A DNA stretch of 64,000 bases from Octopus sinensis. Lineage: Eukaryota. The position numbers and the translations under genes were made by a program. The notes under the pieces are model-generated. The model made no database searches. It worked only from the letters and a program-made list of their open reading frames with translations, and had not been told where the DNA came from. Within the stretch, counting starts at the first letter, position 1, and each line of letters starts with the position of its first letter. The stretch covers positions 124,001 to 188,000 of the forward strand of contig NW_021831847.1 of NCBI RefSeq assembly GCF_006345805.1. Reading direction: 5' to 3'. Positions 52,229 through 64,000 of the stretch are shown one piece after another.

Positions 52229-53379
52229 GCGCAATCAGAAGAATTTGCGTAAAAATATTAACTATTTACTTGAGTTTTTCGTAAAGATAGAATTTATTTT
52301 CGGTATGCCTCTTTTCCTAAACTTTTTTATTATTCAAAAATAATTTTTTAAATAGATAACCGAAGGAGGAAAAACGAAGCTGAAGAAAAAACGGTCAGCT
52401 TAATAAGGTAATTAATTAAATCTTTTTTGTGTGTCGCTTTCTTGCCTGCCGCATTTCCGCCTGCCGTATCTCCCCCTGCCCCATTTCCGCCAGTAAAAAA
52501 TAAAAAAAGAAAAAAAAGGAAATTACAAAGGAAAAATGAAAAAATTAAATATAAAAAAAAATAAACCACAAAAAATGAAAAAAAAGTTTGCAATGACAAT
52601 AAACAAGGCCCAGGGACAGTCATTAAAGGTAGTTGGGTTATTTTTAGAGAGTGAGTGCTTTTCACATGGACAGCTGTATGTGGGATGCTCGAGGGTAGGC
52701 AGAAGAGAAAATTTATTCATATATGCCAAGGAAGGACGGACGACAAACATCGTTTATCAACAGGCGATAGAATAGGGTTACATTAAACCAGGTAGTTTTA
52801 TACATCTACATAAACTTATAGTTGTTTGATGAAACAGGCCCTCCGCAGGAGCTAGGTCGCGGTGAGCGAAGCGAGCTGCCGAGCTAGTTATAAATATTTG
52901 TTGTTTTGATCTGATTTCAAATAGTGATCTTATCCATTCAGGCATTCATTAAGTAGTTTTAAACTTTACACACGTTCAATATTTTATCCGCAAATAATAA
53001 AATTAGTTATAAAGGTAAGTTTTGTTTGTGATGTTTATTTACCTTTGAAATAATTTTGAGAAAAAATAGCTATTGTGACGATTTAAATTTATATAATTTT
53101 TTTGTTGTTTTCAAAGCATGCTAAAAAGAACATGAACTTTAAAGCCAACCTCAATGTATTATGAATTGATTTAACTGCATTAAATGAAAACATTGAGAGG
53201 TGGAGACAAATTGGGATTGTTTCCTGATAGCTCAATATCCAAATATGATAAAAATTGTTATCAATTGAGGGTTCGTCTCTAACCTTATATATTATTGAAT
53301 CATCCAAATATAAGAAAATCGGTTATTAAACAAATACTTAAAAATTATAAAAATCATTTTAATTGCGTTGCATTTTGAG

Positions 53380-54105
53380 CTTCAGCTCAGCAACCACAGG
53401 CATTGTAAAACTTTTTATAAAAAAGCGTCTGACTAAGAAAAAATATATTGACTACGCAAAGAAGGCGAAAAAAGGTCAAATATACATTTTCAGACAGAAA
53501 AACTGTGGTTAGAGTCAACTTGAAAAAACAAATATCACCCGCAAATCGAGACTCTTATGGATAAAAAAGCACCGGAATCATCAGCACGAACTCTGTGGAA
53601 TCTAAAAAACAAGTAATCTATAAGTCGGCCAATATACGTCTTGGAGGCGAAACTCATCGTGTCCTAACGTGCCACGTATGACAAAGCATTACAGAGACCT
53701 ATGGGAGACAAACACATCAGACAAGTTTAAAAAAGAGCTTAATATTCAACAAAGAGAACTTGAATAAAAATTAAAAGGATGAACAGAACAATTTACTGGA
53801 AATTATTACATTCATAGGTACTCAGCATAAATGTAAACAAAATTCAAATTACGGAAATCAAAAAAGACAATATTATTCATGAAAGATGGAGACGTCCCAA
53901 TAAGTTCGGGTCTCTACTAGGAGACGCTGAAGATAGACTAAAAAGGAAAAAAACTGGCAAATGCGACAATGGATAAACCGTTACCAGTGGTTTTCGGAAG
54001 GACCCACACGCAAGAAACAAAATAATTGAAGAACATGTTTCTGCAATTAATTAACATTAACTGTCCTTCACTTATAAATAAAGTGTGTGTCTGCCTATGC
54101 GGGCT
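53380..54105 (+). mobile_element. Degenerate 3' part of an I/Jockey-like LINE
   Basis: Post-RT homology scraps and a 3' UTR shared with 36170-36270. Confidence 0.6.
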
Positions 54106-54219
54106 CTGGCTATCTTAAAAGGTTTATGTTAGATAATTTAGAAAATAAATATGTAAGAAAACTACTGTCGATATGGAAAAAAGAAAATAAAAACTACTGG
54201 GAGTTAAAAAAAACATTTC

Positions 54220-54620
54220 TTCCGGGCGTTTTATTACGTGTATTTTATTCGCAATTTCTAACTTAGCTTCAATCGAGACTTTCCCAAGCCTTCTGTTTTT
54301 CGTAAACAGGGTCAAAATAGATTTTTCCGGACTTGCCTCCAGTTCGTTTTTATATAGCCATGAAATCAGATTGTTGAGGTTATCCTGTATTCTATCCGTT
54401 GCTTTTATCATGCTCACATCCCTTGATGCGATAAATAAATGATAATAAATAAATGCATATAGTAATAACAGATCGTTGTCCCCTTCTGGCTGTGGTATGT
54501 CGTTTATCATGCGATTGAATAAAAGTGGAGATAGTGGAGAACCCTGAGGGACCCCATTTGGTAATAGTCTCGATATGAAAGATCTGTTTCCACAGCAAGC
54601 CCTTCCCCATTTGGTAAATG
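54220..54620 (-). mobile_element. RT fragment
   Basis: GVPQGSPLSPLLFN...LYA...ASPEKS. Confidence 0.8.
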
Positions 54621-55197
54621 TTTCCACTTGGGTTTTACTGGTGATACTCAACTTCTTTAATTCATTTAATTGTTTGTGTTCTTCTTGTCGTCGAATTTTC
54701 ATATGAAGTGCAGCTTTTCTTTTCTTTTCAATTCTAAACAAAAAAGTATCAAAAACTATTACTTTGCCAAACTGTTTTGATCTTTATTTGATAATTCAAA
54801 ATCATTTCCAATTTTTTCCATACATATTAACATTTTCCAATTTAAATTGGAGTTATAAGTTTTTAAAAAGTGAAATTAACTCAATTACTTTCAGCCAGTT
54901 TAGGAGTTGTGTTTAATCAAATTTCCAACGAACATTCCATCAAATAAATGATCACTTTGCTTTTTAAAATGGAAGAAAAATTTAAAAATCAGATATTTGT
55001 GATAACTGACTTAAAAAATATCCCAATGCTCTCCTCTCCCTCATATATTCCCTACAATCATTGATCTCCAGTCAATAGGAAACAATCTATAAACCACTCT
55101 GTCGTCATTTACATCCATCTCACGATTACACAACTTTTAGTACTACAAGCACTATTTGCTCATAATTAGATAATCAAAAAATAATATGTAAATAAAA

Positions 55198-55830
55198 TCA
55201 ATGATAGGCTAGATTGTGTTCAAACAGTTCTCCATTCGTCCGAAACCAAACACTACACATCTCACACCTAAATGACACAAAGAGGACTCACATTAGTTCC
55301 CCATTCACATCAAAACAACAGTCCTCCACATCCGAAATAACTCAAATACACCAACAAAGCAAACCAGTTCTTTTACTAGCACATGCCGTGTCTTCCTTCT
55401 CAATGCTTTCCCAATCAACCAGGGAGGACACGGACTGTCTCAGATATTTGGTCTCCTGCCAAAAAAGGAGAAACTTGTCGTCGACGAATTCCGTGGTCGC
55501 CAGTATTTTTTTCACGTTCCCCACCAATTTGGTCACGTTTTTTACACCTGGATGATTGACTGTGACAATTTTAGATTAAAAATAAACCAAAATTTCCCCC
55601 AATCTCAGTTGGTTCGGGAAGACATTTTTTGGGAATAAAATTTGTAGTTTGAGGGGATGGGGGGTCTTCATATTTCTGGTTAAAACTATATAAATCAATA
55701 AAAGATAGATCATTGCTTGTTGGTTGGTTGTCAGGCCTAAAATAAAGAAGGAGAAAATGTGCCATTTAAATAATTGACTGTCCTTGGAGTCCATTTCAGA
55801 ACTATCTCGTTTTTTATCGGGTATTGACAT
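55198..55830 (-). CDS. Unidentified spliced gene ending in a C2H2 zinc finger
   Basis: Removing three short GT-AG introns gives ...NF|VNHPGVKNV...SKRT|VISDVEDCCFDVNGELM|CEMCSVWFRTNGELFEHNLAYH*. Confidence 0.55.
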
Positions 55831-56259
55831 TTTTGGAATCAAAATACTTTCAGGGGAATCATATGTTATAGAATTACTTGGATATTTAGGACTATAATTG
55901 ACTAACCTGTTATTGATATCATTGCATGGGGCAATCTCTTCATTATTTCTTTGACTAATTTATGAAATAAGTAAATTTGTACATTTCGGAGAAAATACTC
56001 TTAAGATAATCTCGTACTTGGTCTTTACCTGACATGACAACAAGTGCCAAATCTCAAGTCATATTTGAATATTCAATTTAAATTAATAATAATTATAATA
56101 ATAATATTTTTTTAATGTTATTCCACTAAGTTCAAAAAAATTTATTCTTTATCTTCTCTGAATCCGATTCACAACGTAAAAAATTAAATTAGCACAAAGC
56201 AAGATATCCTTTCATAATCAACTAATTAATTGCTTTACTAAGTCATAAACATTCAAAGT

Positions 56260-56760
56260 GAGTCGAGAGTGAGACTCCACGCACTTCCTTCCCTTCTTCC
56301 TCCTCTTCTTTGGCTGTGTAGATTTCCGAGAAGGTACAGTCCAGCGTATATTGCAACTAAATGTCAAGAAAGATAGTCTCAGGAGTCCTCTTAAAAACAG
56401 TTGACTGCATAAACAGAGAGTATATACACGCTAATGTACTCTGTGTCGCATTTAGTGACCTGTCTATGCCATGTCATCACACACGGTTCAGGTCCCCGGC
56501 CTCCACCTGTCCACAGGGTCACGCAAAGGAGGTACTAAATATTATCGCTCCCGAACAAAAATGAGTATTACTTATATACAACTATTTTGGGAAAAATTAC
56601 AGAGGATATCCTTCGCTATTCTCCGTGGCACAACGCATGCGGTACTTTCCGCAGGAGGGTGCCTGCTTTACGCCCCCGGAGTTTCCTCTCTGCCCATTCC
56701 TAACTTAATTTGTTTTCATTTGGTACAATAAAACCAGGTCATATATTAAAAAAATTACAT
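56260..56760. mobile_element. Composite: RLE non-LTR 3' fragment (-, 56260-56480) and CRE-like 3' end (+, ~56500-56755)
   Basis: The first part parallels 4300-4480. The second reads QRISFAILRG, followed by a 3' UTR, AATAAA and an A-run. Confidence 0.75.
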
Positions 56761-57477
56761 ACTTAATAAAATAAAAGTACGACACTATTCGTTCCCAGGC
56801 AATTATCCAAAATCAAACAAATTACATTGTACTTAATTGCTCTAACACTTTAAAAATTAAACTGTGGTATCAAGGTTACTGATAAAAAATATTTAACATT
56901 ATTTAGAAGTTCCGTATGTGAATTACATGTTGAACAAAAATTTTCGCTTATATTCTTTTTGTTTTAATAGGGAACATGACCCAGAAATTAACTCAAGAAA
57001 ACATATAATTCTGGTGATTTTAGTAATTTTATATAATAAAGTTCAATAATAAAATTGGATTTACGCGTGTAAGATCAAATATAATTTACAATGTTGCATC
57101 GTCCCAAATAAAGACGTTTTCATCAAAAAATTTTAAACGAAACCATTTCATTTAGTAGTCGCTTGAATTCTTTTATATATTTAAATTTTTCGTATATTCT
57201 CAAAAAAGTTCGTTTTATTATGCGCAAAAATGTTCTTCAATTTTTCATTGATACAAAATCAAATAACTTGAGTTCGTGCAATTTGTGCATCGAGGATTCA
57301 TGTAGTGAAACGACCAATAATATTTACTTGATTTTGCAATTCAGAAATCGGGCAAATATTAACAAATAAAATTGGCAATATAAAGATTGTTGTGAAATTC
57401 ACTTTACCAGAAGGAAATAAAGAATTTTATCATTTAATTTATGAAATTAAAACCACACATATTTCCGTAAATTTTAC

Positions 57478-57850
57478 ATTTTAGAACAACAGATTGAATA
57501 TAAGTCCTTTTGGATTTTTCACTCGATAATTTGTCCATATAGTTTTTAAAATATCTCGAAACAACGCCATCCCACGTCAAGACAACCGGGATACCACAGG
57601 CTTGGCACAAATGAAGATGAATGCGCTTCACAGGCAGTAGGGACTGAGTGCAAGATTACATTTCAACATTTCTTCTTCGGCAATCAGTTCAAGGTGGCAC
57701 GGAGAGTACACAAAGTTGGTCAAATTACCTTTCGAAATGGTCAACTGTTCTTGTTTGATCAAATAGGCAAAAGTATATGCGTCCAGCATCATTTTTGTTG
57801 ATGAAATCGATGCCATTTGTTCCACTAGGGGAGTCCAAGGGAGAACACGG
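57478..57850. pseudogene. RLE/katanin p60 chimera, copy 2 (katanin intron intact)
   Basis: FEM|gtcaactgttcttgtttgatcaaatag|AKVYASSIIFVDEIDAICSTRGVQGEH. Aligns with 43345-43710. Confidence 0.85.
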
Positions 57851-58325
57851 ATAAGAGCAATGTCAAATAAAATAAATATTTAGATTATATCATCTTGTTA
57901 AATGTTCTGACACTCTGGATGAGAATAAGGATGGAAAATAAAATAACAGTGTTGAGAAATTAGAAAAAAATATAAACAGATTATAGGAATAAACTCAAAA
58001 AATATCACAAAATGATTAATTTTCAGATAATGTAAGCATTAAAAGAATTCAATCACAGATTATTCCTTTAAATCCATTTACATAAAAAATAAAGTGCAAA
58101 TTAAATAATAAACATAATCAAACTACCATAAAAAAATTCCAACAAATGCATCAATAATACACGTGTCATTAATAATAAAATTTATATATATAAGATTGTC
58201 AGGAGGGTGCCTGCTTTACGCCCCCGGAATTTCCTCTCTCCCCATTCCTAACTTAATTTGTTTTCATTTGGTACAATAAAACCAGGTCAAATATTAAAAA
58301 AATTATATAAACTTAATAAAATAAA

Positions 58326-58440
58326 AGTACGACACTGTTTGTTCCCAGTAGGTCACCCAGCAAGTACTAGAACATCCTGTAATCGCTTAACTGCCGTGTT
58401 CGGATGGGAACGGTATTTACGACTAAGTCTGATCGTAAGT
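58326..58440 (-). rRNA. 5S: 5S rRNA gene or slightly degenerate copy, followed by an oligo-T terminator; a 3' fragment also lies at 56776-56799
   Basis: The minus strand ACUUACGAUCAGACUUAGUCGUAAAUACCGUUCCCAUCCGAACACGGCAGUUAAGCGAUUACAGG...UAGUAC...GGGAAC...GUGUCGUACU has helix I (UACGA/UCGUA), helix II (UAGUCG/CGAUUA), CCGU/ACGG closing a 12-nt eukaryote-type loop, and the loop E motif. Helix IV is imperfect. Confidence 0.85.
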
Positions 58441-60059
58441 TTTTCAGATTCTGACCTAGACAGCTGAAACAGACATTATAATCTGAATGACAAAGTTATT
58501 TATAAACAGAATAAAAGTAAATTTGATTTGTTCCTGTTCGATTTGATTTATCATTTCAAAATTTACAACATGTGGAAATTAAGTAAAATTCGAAAATGAG
58601 ACTCTTTATTTAATGAGCTAAAATTAATTTATCACAAAAAGTGAAATAGTACCTATTGTACAGGATCGACATGTAACTTTAAATTTGTCAGGATTTTGAT
58701 AAAAGATTTTTAACAAATTCCCAGCTACAATTAATGAAATAGATATCCACATGTTATATACTGGGCTGAGTCGAAATTAAGATCCGACATTTTGTTTCAC
58801 ATGTTAATGAATTAGTATCTTTATCAAATAGCCTCTTTATAGAAAGATTTTGTGAATGGAATGATAGTTTGTTCCGCGCGCGAGGAAAGGGATGGATAGA
58901 AAAGACTGACCGGGATGATAGTTGAGAGTACGGCATGAGACATTTACGTGATTAACGCGGAAGTGCTATTAACTAACTAATGATAGCTTCAAGAAGAGCC
59001 AATTAATTGTTTGCAAACGATGAATGCATAAAGTTAGAAGATTATTAAATTTAGATTAATGATTTAGCCAAAGATGACGAAATTAGTCTTTAAAGAGTTC
59101 CAATATCATTGGAAATATTATTGTTTGGTCCGAATTTCCTAGGGACAAGACCAGATGCAGTCTAAACTTTGAGAGGAGAATAAAATTCAGTCATTTAGAA
59201 ATGTTCAGCAGGTGGAAAAGAAACAGAATTCACAAAATTTCTCGATGCCAAGAAGATAGGTAGCAAGGAGTAATGTCTATAAATGAGAGGATGATCACAA
59301 TTTGTTGACCTCTTTTGCAAAAAGCATACTTCTTTTCTCTCCTGCAATTATCACTATCTGCTCCCCTAAAAAGTTAAATAAACGTTAAAACATACCATCA
59401 ACTGACATTTATTGTGGGGTTTCAATAACTGGATGTTTTTAGGCGGACATTCTTCGATTATTGTGACATCAATTGGAGGGTAGGAAGTATATTTTTCTTC
59501 TCTGTATGTTTTTTTACGTAATTTAAATGTTCTTGAACTCTATGCTGTTCTCCGATCGCAAATATTTACATGGGCCGTACTCCAAAAAATTTCTTTTGAT
59601 TTTTTTTTCACTTCAAAACCACATTTATTTAGATTTTCGAAAAAAATATTATCAGATCGACTTGGAATATCTCATTACGCCCATCGGCAACATTATAAGT
59701 TGAATCAACGTATTGTTTTAGTGGTACTGAAAATTGTCAAATATTGCATTATCTACCAACTTCCCGAATGATCTTTTAAAGCACTGTGTCCACAATGATT
59801 GCCAAACGTCTCTAATGAGAAGGAAAAATATAATCATTGACTTTTTCGGTGTGATTGCCGTAAAAACGTACTCTGTAAGGCGTGTCGGATCTCGGTATCT
59901 GTCGAAATAACGATCATCGGGCTAGATGGTGTGAAGGTCGAACGTAAGATATATGTTAAGTAAAATTTCTCTAAAATTAGGGAGCAGACTGACAAATCCC
60001 AAAAATATTATTTGAAAGCACTACCATGTCTGTCGATAATTTGAACAAACAGTGTTGTA

Positions 60060-62000
60060 CAAATCTACGAGATATGTTTTTGAAAATCATGACCGGCCGA
60101 CAGTTTTCCACTGCCCTCTCCAAAATGAACAGTGGGTTGCACTCTAATAAAACGTCCTCGTTTTTCATTTTTCTTATTTGCCAGTGTTTTAGATAAGAAA
60201 ACGCTTTTTAACTGAGTTTAAATGCCAACTTTGTCGACAATAATTCGTGCTGTGCCCCTCTTTCCTGAGCGAAAGGAGAAGAAATCATTCTTAAATCGGT
60301 GGATGGAGGCTTTGTTCCTACTGAGGAAGTCCCGGAGGTCTTCCGCCAGCAGCTAGCAGGGATTCAGGAGGTGGACCCTTCGTCTATCCTGCCTCTGAAA
60401 ATATTCGAGGAGTCGACCCGAAATTCCCGCTCAAAACTTGTTTTGGATGGACCCTTGTGCAGAGAAATAACCACGGAAGAGACGTTCGAAGCAATCAGAG
60501 GTTGCAAGAACAACGCTCCTGGATTTGACTTCATCCCTATGGAGGTGTTCAAGAAGGCACCCGGATGCTTGCTTCGTATTCTGGTGAAACTATTCAATGC
60601 CAGTTGGGACAATGGTCACGTCCCATCTAGCTGGAAACGAACAATCGTCCGAATGATCCCAAAACCTGGAAAACCAAATACGCAGGCAGGAAGTTATAGG
60701 CCAATTAGCCTTATCTGCACAACGTCGAGGATAATGGAAAGAATTATTTTCAATCGTTTATCGGCTTACGTGGAACAAAATAATATACTCGCGGAGGAAC
60801 AGTGGGGTTTTAGACCTGGTCGATCAACCGGTCACTGTCTCTCGCTTCTTGAGGAAGAACTGACTCGGGCCAAACAACATAAAGCCTGCCTAACGGCGGT
60901 CTGCCTGGACGTCTGCAAGGCCTTTGACAGTGTCTGGCACTTGGGGTTGTTAGATAAAGTAGCGGAGTTGGGTGCTGGGCGAAAAACTGTCGGATGGCTT
61001 AAGGACTTCTTGTGCGAGAGAAAATCGTTCATTCGTTGTGGAAATTTGCTATCGAAGGCCGTGAATCTGAGGAGAGGTGTTCCTCAGGGATCGGTTCTCA
61101 GCCCCTTGCTCTTTAATATATTTCTGGCCGACGTTCCGAAACCACATTTTCCTACGAGCAGACTAATTATCTACGCAGACGATATCTTGGTTACGGATGT
61201 CTCGATGTGGGGACCCCGACACAGAAGAAGGCTGTCCTGGAGCAGACTAGAACCGTACTTGGAGGAACTTGAAATCTGGTGCAATGGTAAAGGCTTGAAT
61301 CTCGCTTTGGACAAAAGTACCATTTGTTGGATTTCAATGGGTCGTGACAAAAAACCGACTTTCGAGGATTATGGGAACCTGATTATATCGAAGAACCTAC
61401 GTTACCTGGGAGTAACTATAGACCCCACCGGGTCATACAAACCCCATGTGCATGCAAAGCGGAAACAAGGAGCGAAAATCCTAAAAGGACTGAGGCGTTT
61501 TTGTCTAAGCGCAGAAACGTTTCTACACATCTACCAGACTTGTGTTCAGCCACTAATAATCTATGGCTCGGAGGGCTGGTACCAAACTGATGAAAGGGAC
61601 CTTCTAATCGCCAAACTCGAAAAAACCAGACAATTTGCCATCAAACTGGCATTCGGCCTGGAGCTCAGCAGTCCGCTGGAAGACCTACATGAGCGGAGTG
61701 TTGACACGATTGACGCGATCCTGGCAAAAACTCGAACTCGCTGAGGGAGATAAGACAGTCTCCTGGGGCAAAACCGAAGTTGAGACCTTCGTGGCTCTCG
61801 TTATCAAGCCCCCTAAGCTCTAATTCCTCGGCCACTTTTCTTTTGGACCTATTGTAATAAATAAACCATATTCATTCATTCTTTCCTGAGCGCATGCATG
61901 TATTGGTAGTGGTTTATAAGTTCTCTAGTTTATATTTGATTGAATAACTCTTTTATGTGGCCATACCCAATGTGAGGCACGTGTAAATTAAAAGCGCTTT
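60060..62000 (-). pseudogene. MRPS7: uS7-family (MRPS7-like) gene interrupted by the LINE at 60272-61879
   Basis: Removing the LINE and one TSD gives TNTCMRSGKRGTARIIVDK|AFSYLK...LECNPLFILERAVENCRPVM, matching the uS7 pattern. Extra small frameshifts; C-terminus not found. Confidence 0.65.
60272..61879 (+). mobile_element. Young 5'-truncated LINE (RT only) with (ATTC)n tail, same family as 47021
   Basis: 13-bp TSD tctttcctgagcg (60259-60271, 61880-61892). Open RT ORF with SYRPISL, KAFDSVWH, GVPQGSVLSP and YADD. Confidence 0.96.
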
Positions 62001-62639
62001 TGACGGGATGAAACTTTCTTTGACGAGTTTATTTGTCTAATTGATCGATTTGAAATATTTGATCAACGTGGTGATTGAGCTGGGAATTGAGCTGTCTATT
62101 TAGACTGTTAATTTATATGTTGTGTCATACCATATATATCTTTGTGATGAAGTACCAATCAACTGACAAAGCATCTCAACGTTCAATTTTAAATCTTACA
62201 AAAATAATCATAGTCAATTCGTATGTGAATGTTTTAGTGAAGGAATCGAAGGTCTGTTTGTCTGAAGGACTCTACCTTTATTAAGAGTCGAGTTTTATTA
62301 GAATTCTTTTCAAGAAATACGGCGTTGACAAAAAGATGGCTGTCCTTGTAAGAGGGAAGGAAAACTTTCTCGTGGTTACAGAATTTATTCGTTTTTAAAT
62401 GAATAAAAGCAGAAAAGATTGAATAACCAAATTTTTTATCGAGGGGTGTATTTCCATTGGTAATTCTTTGATAAATCATTATAATACGTTAGTAAACGGC
62501 CGTGTATCATTTTGTCAAACATGCGCCACACGTCACTCATTCTATATTATGATCACTTTCACAAACATGTGCACTAGCCAAAAAGACAATATCAGTTATT
62601 AGTTTTTCCCGTCTTTAGATTTCTTCTCACCCGATGTAG

Positions 62640-63130
62640 GTCTTTTTTAAGGCAGTCGGAAGTGTTGATCTAGGTCGTCCGCGGAAGGGTTTGTGCAACC
62701 GTCAAAGCAATTTTCATCGTTTGTTAGGGGGTACGTCCGGGTTCATTCTTAGTACACGTTTAAACAGCTTTTATCGGCCATCTACTACATTCCCGCTGAT
62801 ATAACTCACTTGTTGTAGATACCAGGGGTTTACATTCTTCATGGCTTCTTAGTCGTCCAGTTTCAATAGTTTGTTGGAGGAATTTCAACAGTAGGATCGA
62901 TTTCACAAAAACATTGTAAAGCCTGCATTTGAAGTCAATTACGAGTCCTTTGTCTCTTAGCAATCATTTCTTTAGTGTCTCCATTTCCGCGGTTGCCAAT
63001 GTTTCCTTCCTTAGTACATCTTCAGTGTCTCTTTGTTGAGAGCCATGCTTAAAATAGAGTTTTTTTATTCAGTGCCACGTCGTCTTGTTGCAAGCTGAAT
63101 GTGTGAAGGCCGTGTTGCACAGGAAGAGGC
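62640..63130 (-). mobile_element. RTE-like LINE C-terminal remnant
   Basis: RDKGLVIDFKCRLYNVFVKSILL...RGRPRSTLPTALKKDL. Confidence 0.65.
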
Positions 63131-64000
63131 TATTTGGCTTGCAGAAGTTCACTTTTTTATTCAGATACTTCACTATGAAAGAGAACTAGTTTGTGTTATA
63201 AGCTGAAATATAGACTTTATCTTTTCGAAATATTTATATTACTGATAACTTTTCTTTCGAATTTGAATAATGTATTATGGGCTTTATGGTACTCACTTAT
63301 TATAAAGTTATTAAATAAAATGTTTTATTGGGAATTGAAAGAGAATTGATTTAATAAAAACCTTTTTCCTCTTTTGGATTAGCCAAACAAACGGTACTGT
63401 CCGTTGAAATGACACTGACATTATATAACAATTATATCACATAATAATAAGATTTTTCTATGTATTACACAATAATCTATATATAAACTAGAAGTTTGTG
63501 AAATAATATAATATGTATATTTGATATTTTTTTATTCACATTTTATATGACTCTAAAACAGTACTTCTACAAAATACACAACATTCTTTTCAAAGATTAA
63601 AAAGATATTTTATATTCACACTCTCAAACATACAGAGAATATATCACGATAAATACATACAAAACATATTAATGATGTTCGTTCAATATTACATAATATA
63701 CTGAAACTCCATGAAAGGAAAAAGTAGCTAACTAAACAAATTAAATCAAGAAATAAAAAATATTACCATTAATAATAAAGAACAAATTGAAACATCACCA
63801 AAAACCAATTGGAAAATTAACTAAAACAAAATCTTCATTTTATTTCACCATTTTTGCAGTCTCCATTGCCCTTGATCACTATTAACCAACCAAGGTCAGC
63901 CTCACACAGCTGTTCTGCATAAATTCGAATAATTTGGAGGCCATCCACTCAATTTATGGATCCTCCCTGATTGTCTAATAGACACCACTACACGTGAGTA

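Larger units (their letters stand above)
50753..52887 (+). mobile_element. Non-autonomous Helitron
   Basis: a|TC 5' end followed by a (tgtc)n microsatellite. Pif1 helicase C-terminus FAMTINKAQGQSL...FSHGQLYVGCSRV...TTNIVY. GC-rich subterminal tract, ending CTAG|t (A^T target). Confidence 0.85.

Noticed and set aside
53380-54620. Single LINE rearranged by inversion or twin priming
   Set aside because: The two fragments are convergent and overlap in RT homology, which fits independent insertions better.

Overview
AT-rich eukaryotic (animal-like) genomic window. Host genes are compact and interrupted by 23-31 nt GT-AG micro-introns, so the ORF track fragments or misses most of them. This intron size suggests a dicyemid-type miniaturised genome (inference only). 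Recognisable host genes: RWDD2, PNPLA6/7 (NTE/swiss cheese), RPS3A, a PRCP/S28 peptidase, a KIF7/KIF27-type kinesin, AIFM1, RWDD1, MsrA, an acid-ceramidase (ASAH1-like) gene and an MRPS7-like gene broken by a LINE, plus one 5S rRNA(-like) gene. Much of the rest is transposon-derived: RLE-type and APE-type non-LTR elements (two with exact TSDs), two hAT elements with exact TIR/TSD, a Ginger-type integrase transposon nested in one hAT, a non-autonomous Helitron with a ~94 bp tandem array, and Tigger/pogo and Tc1 remnants. Top finding: MsrA has an in-frame TGA at its catalytic Cys position and a candidate SECIS in the 3' UTR, i.e. a probable selenoprotein absent from the ORF track. Also notable: a repeated CRE-element/5S junction, a duplicated katanin fragment fused to a retroelement, transposases with host-type micro-introns, a Ser-to-Gly PRCP, an intronless AIF with degenerate motifs, and a 2A-like motif ahead of an APE domain. 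Exon boundaries were inferred by hand, and family names come from motif recognition without any database search.
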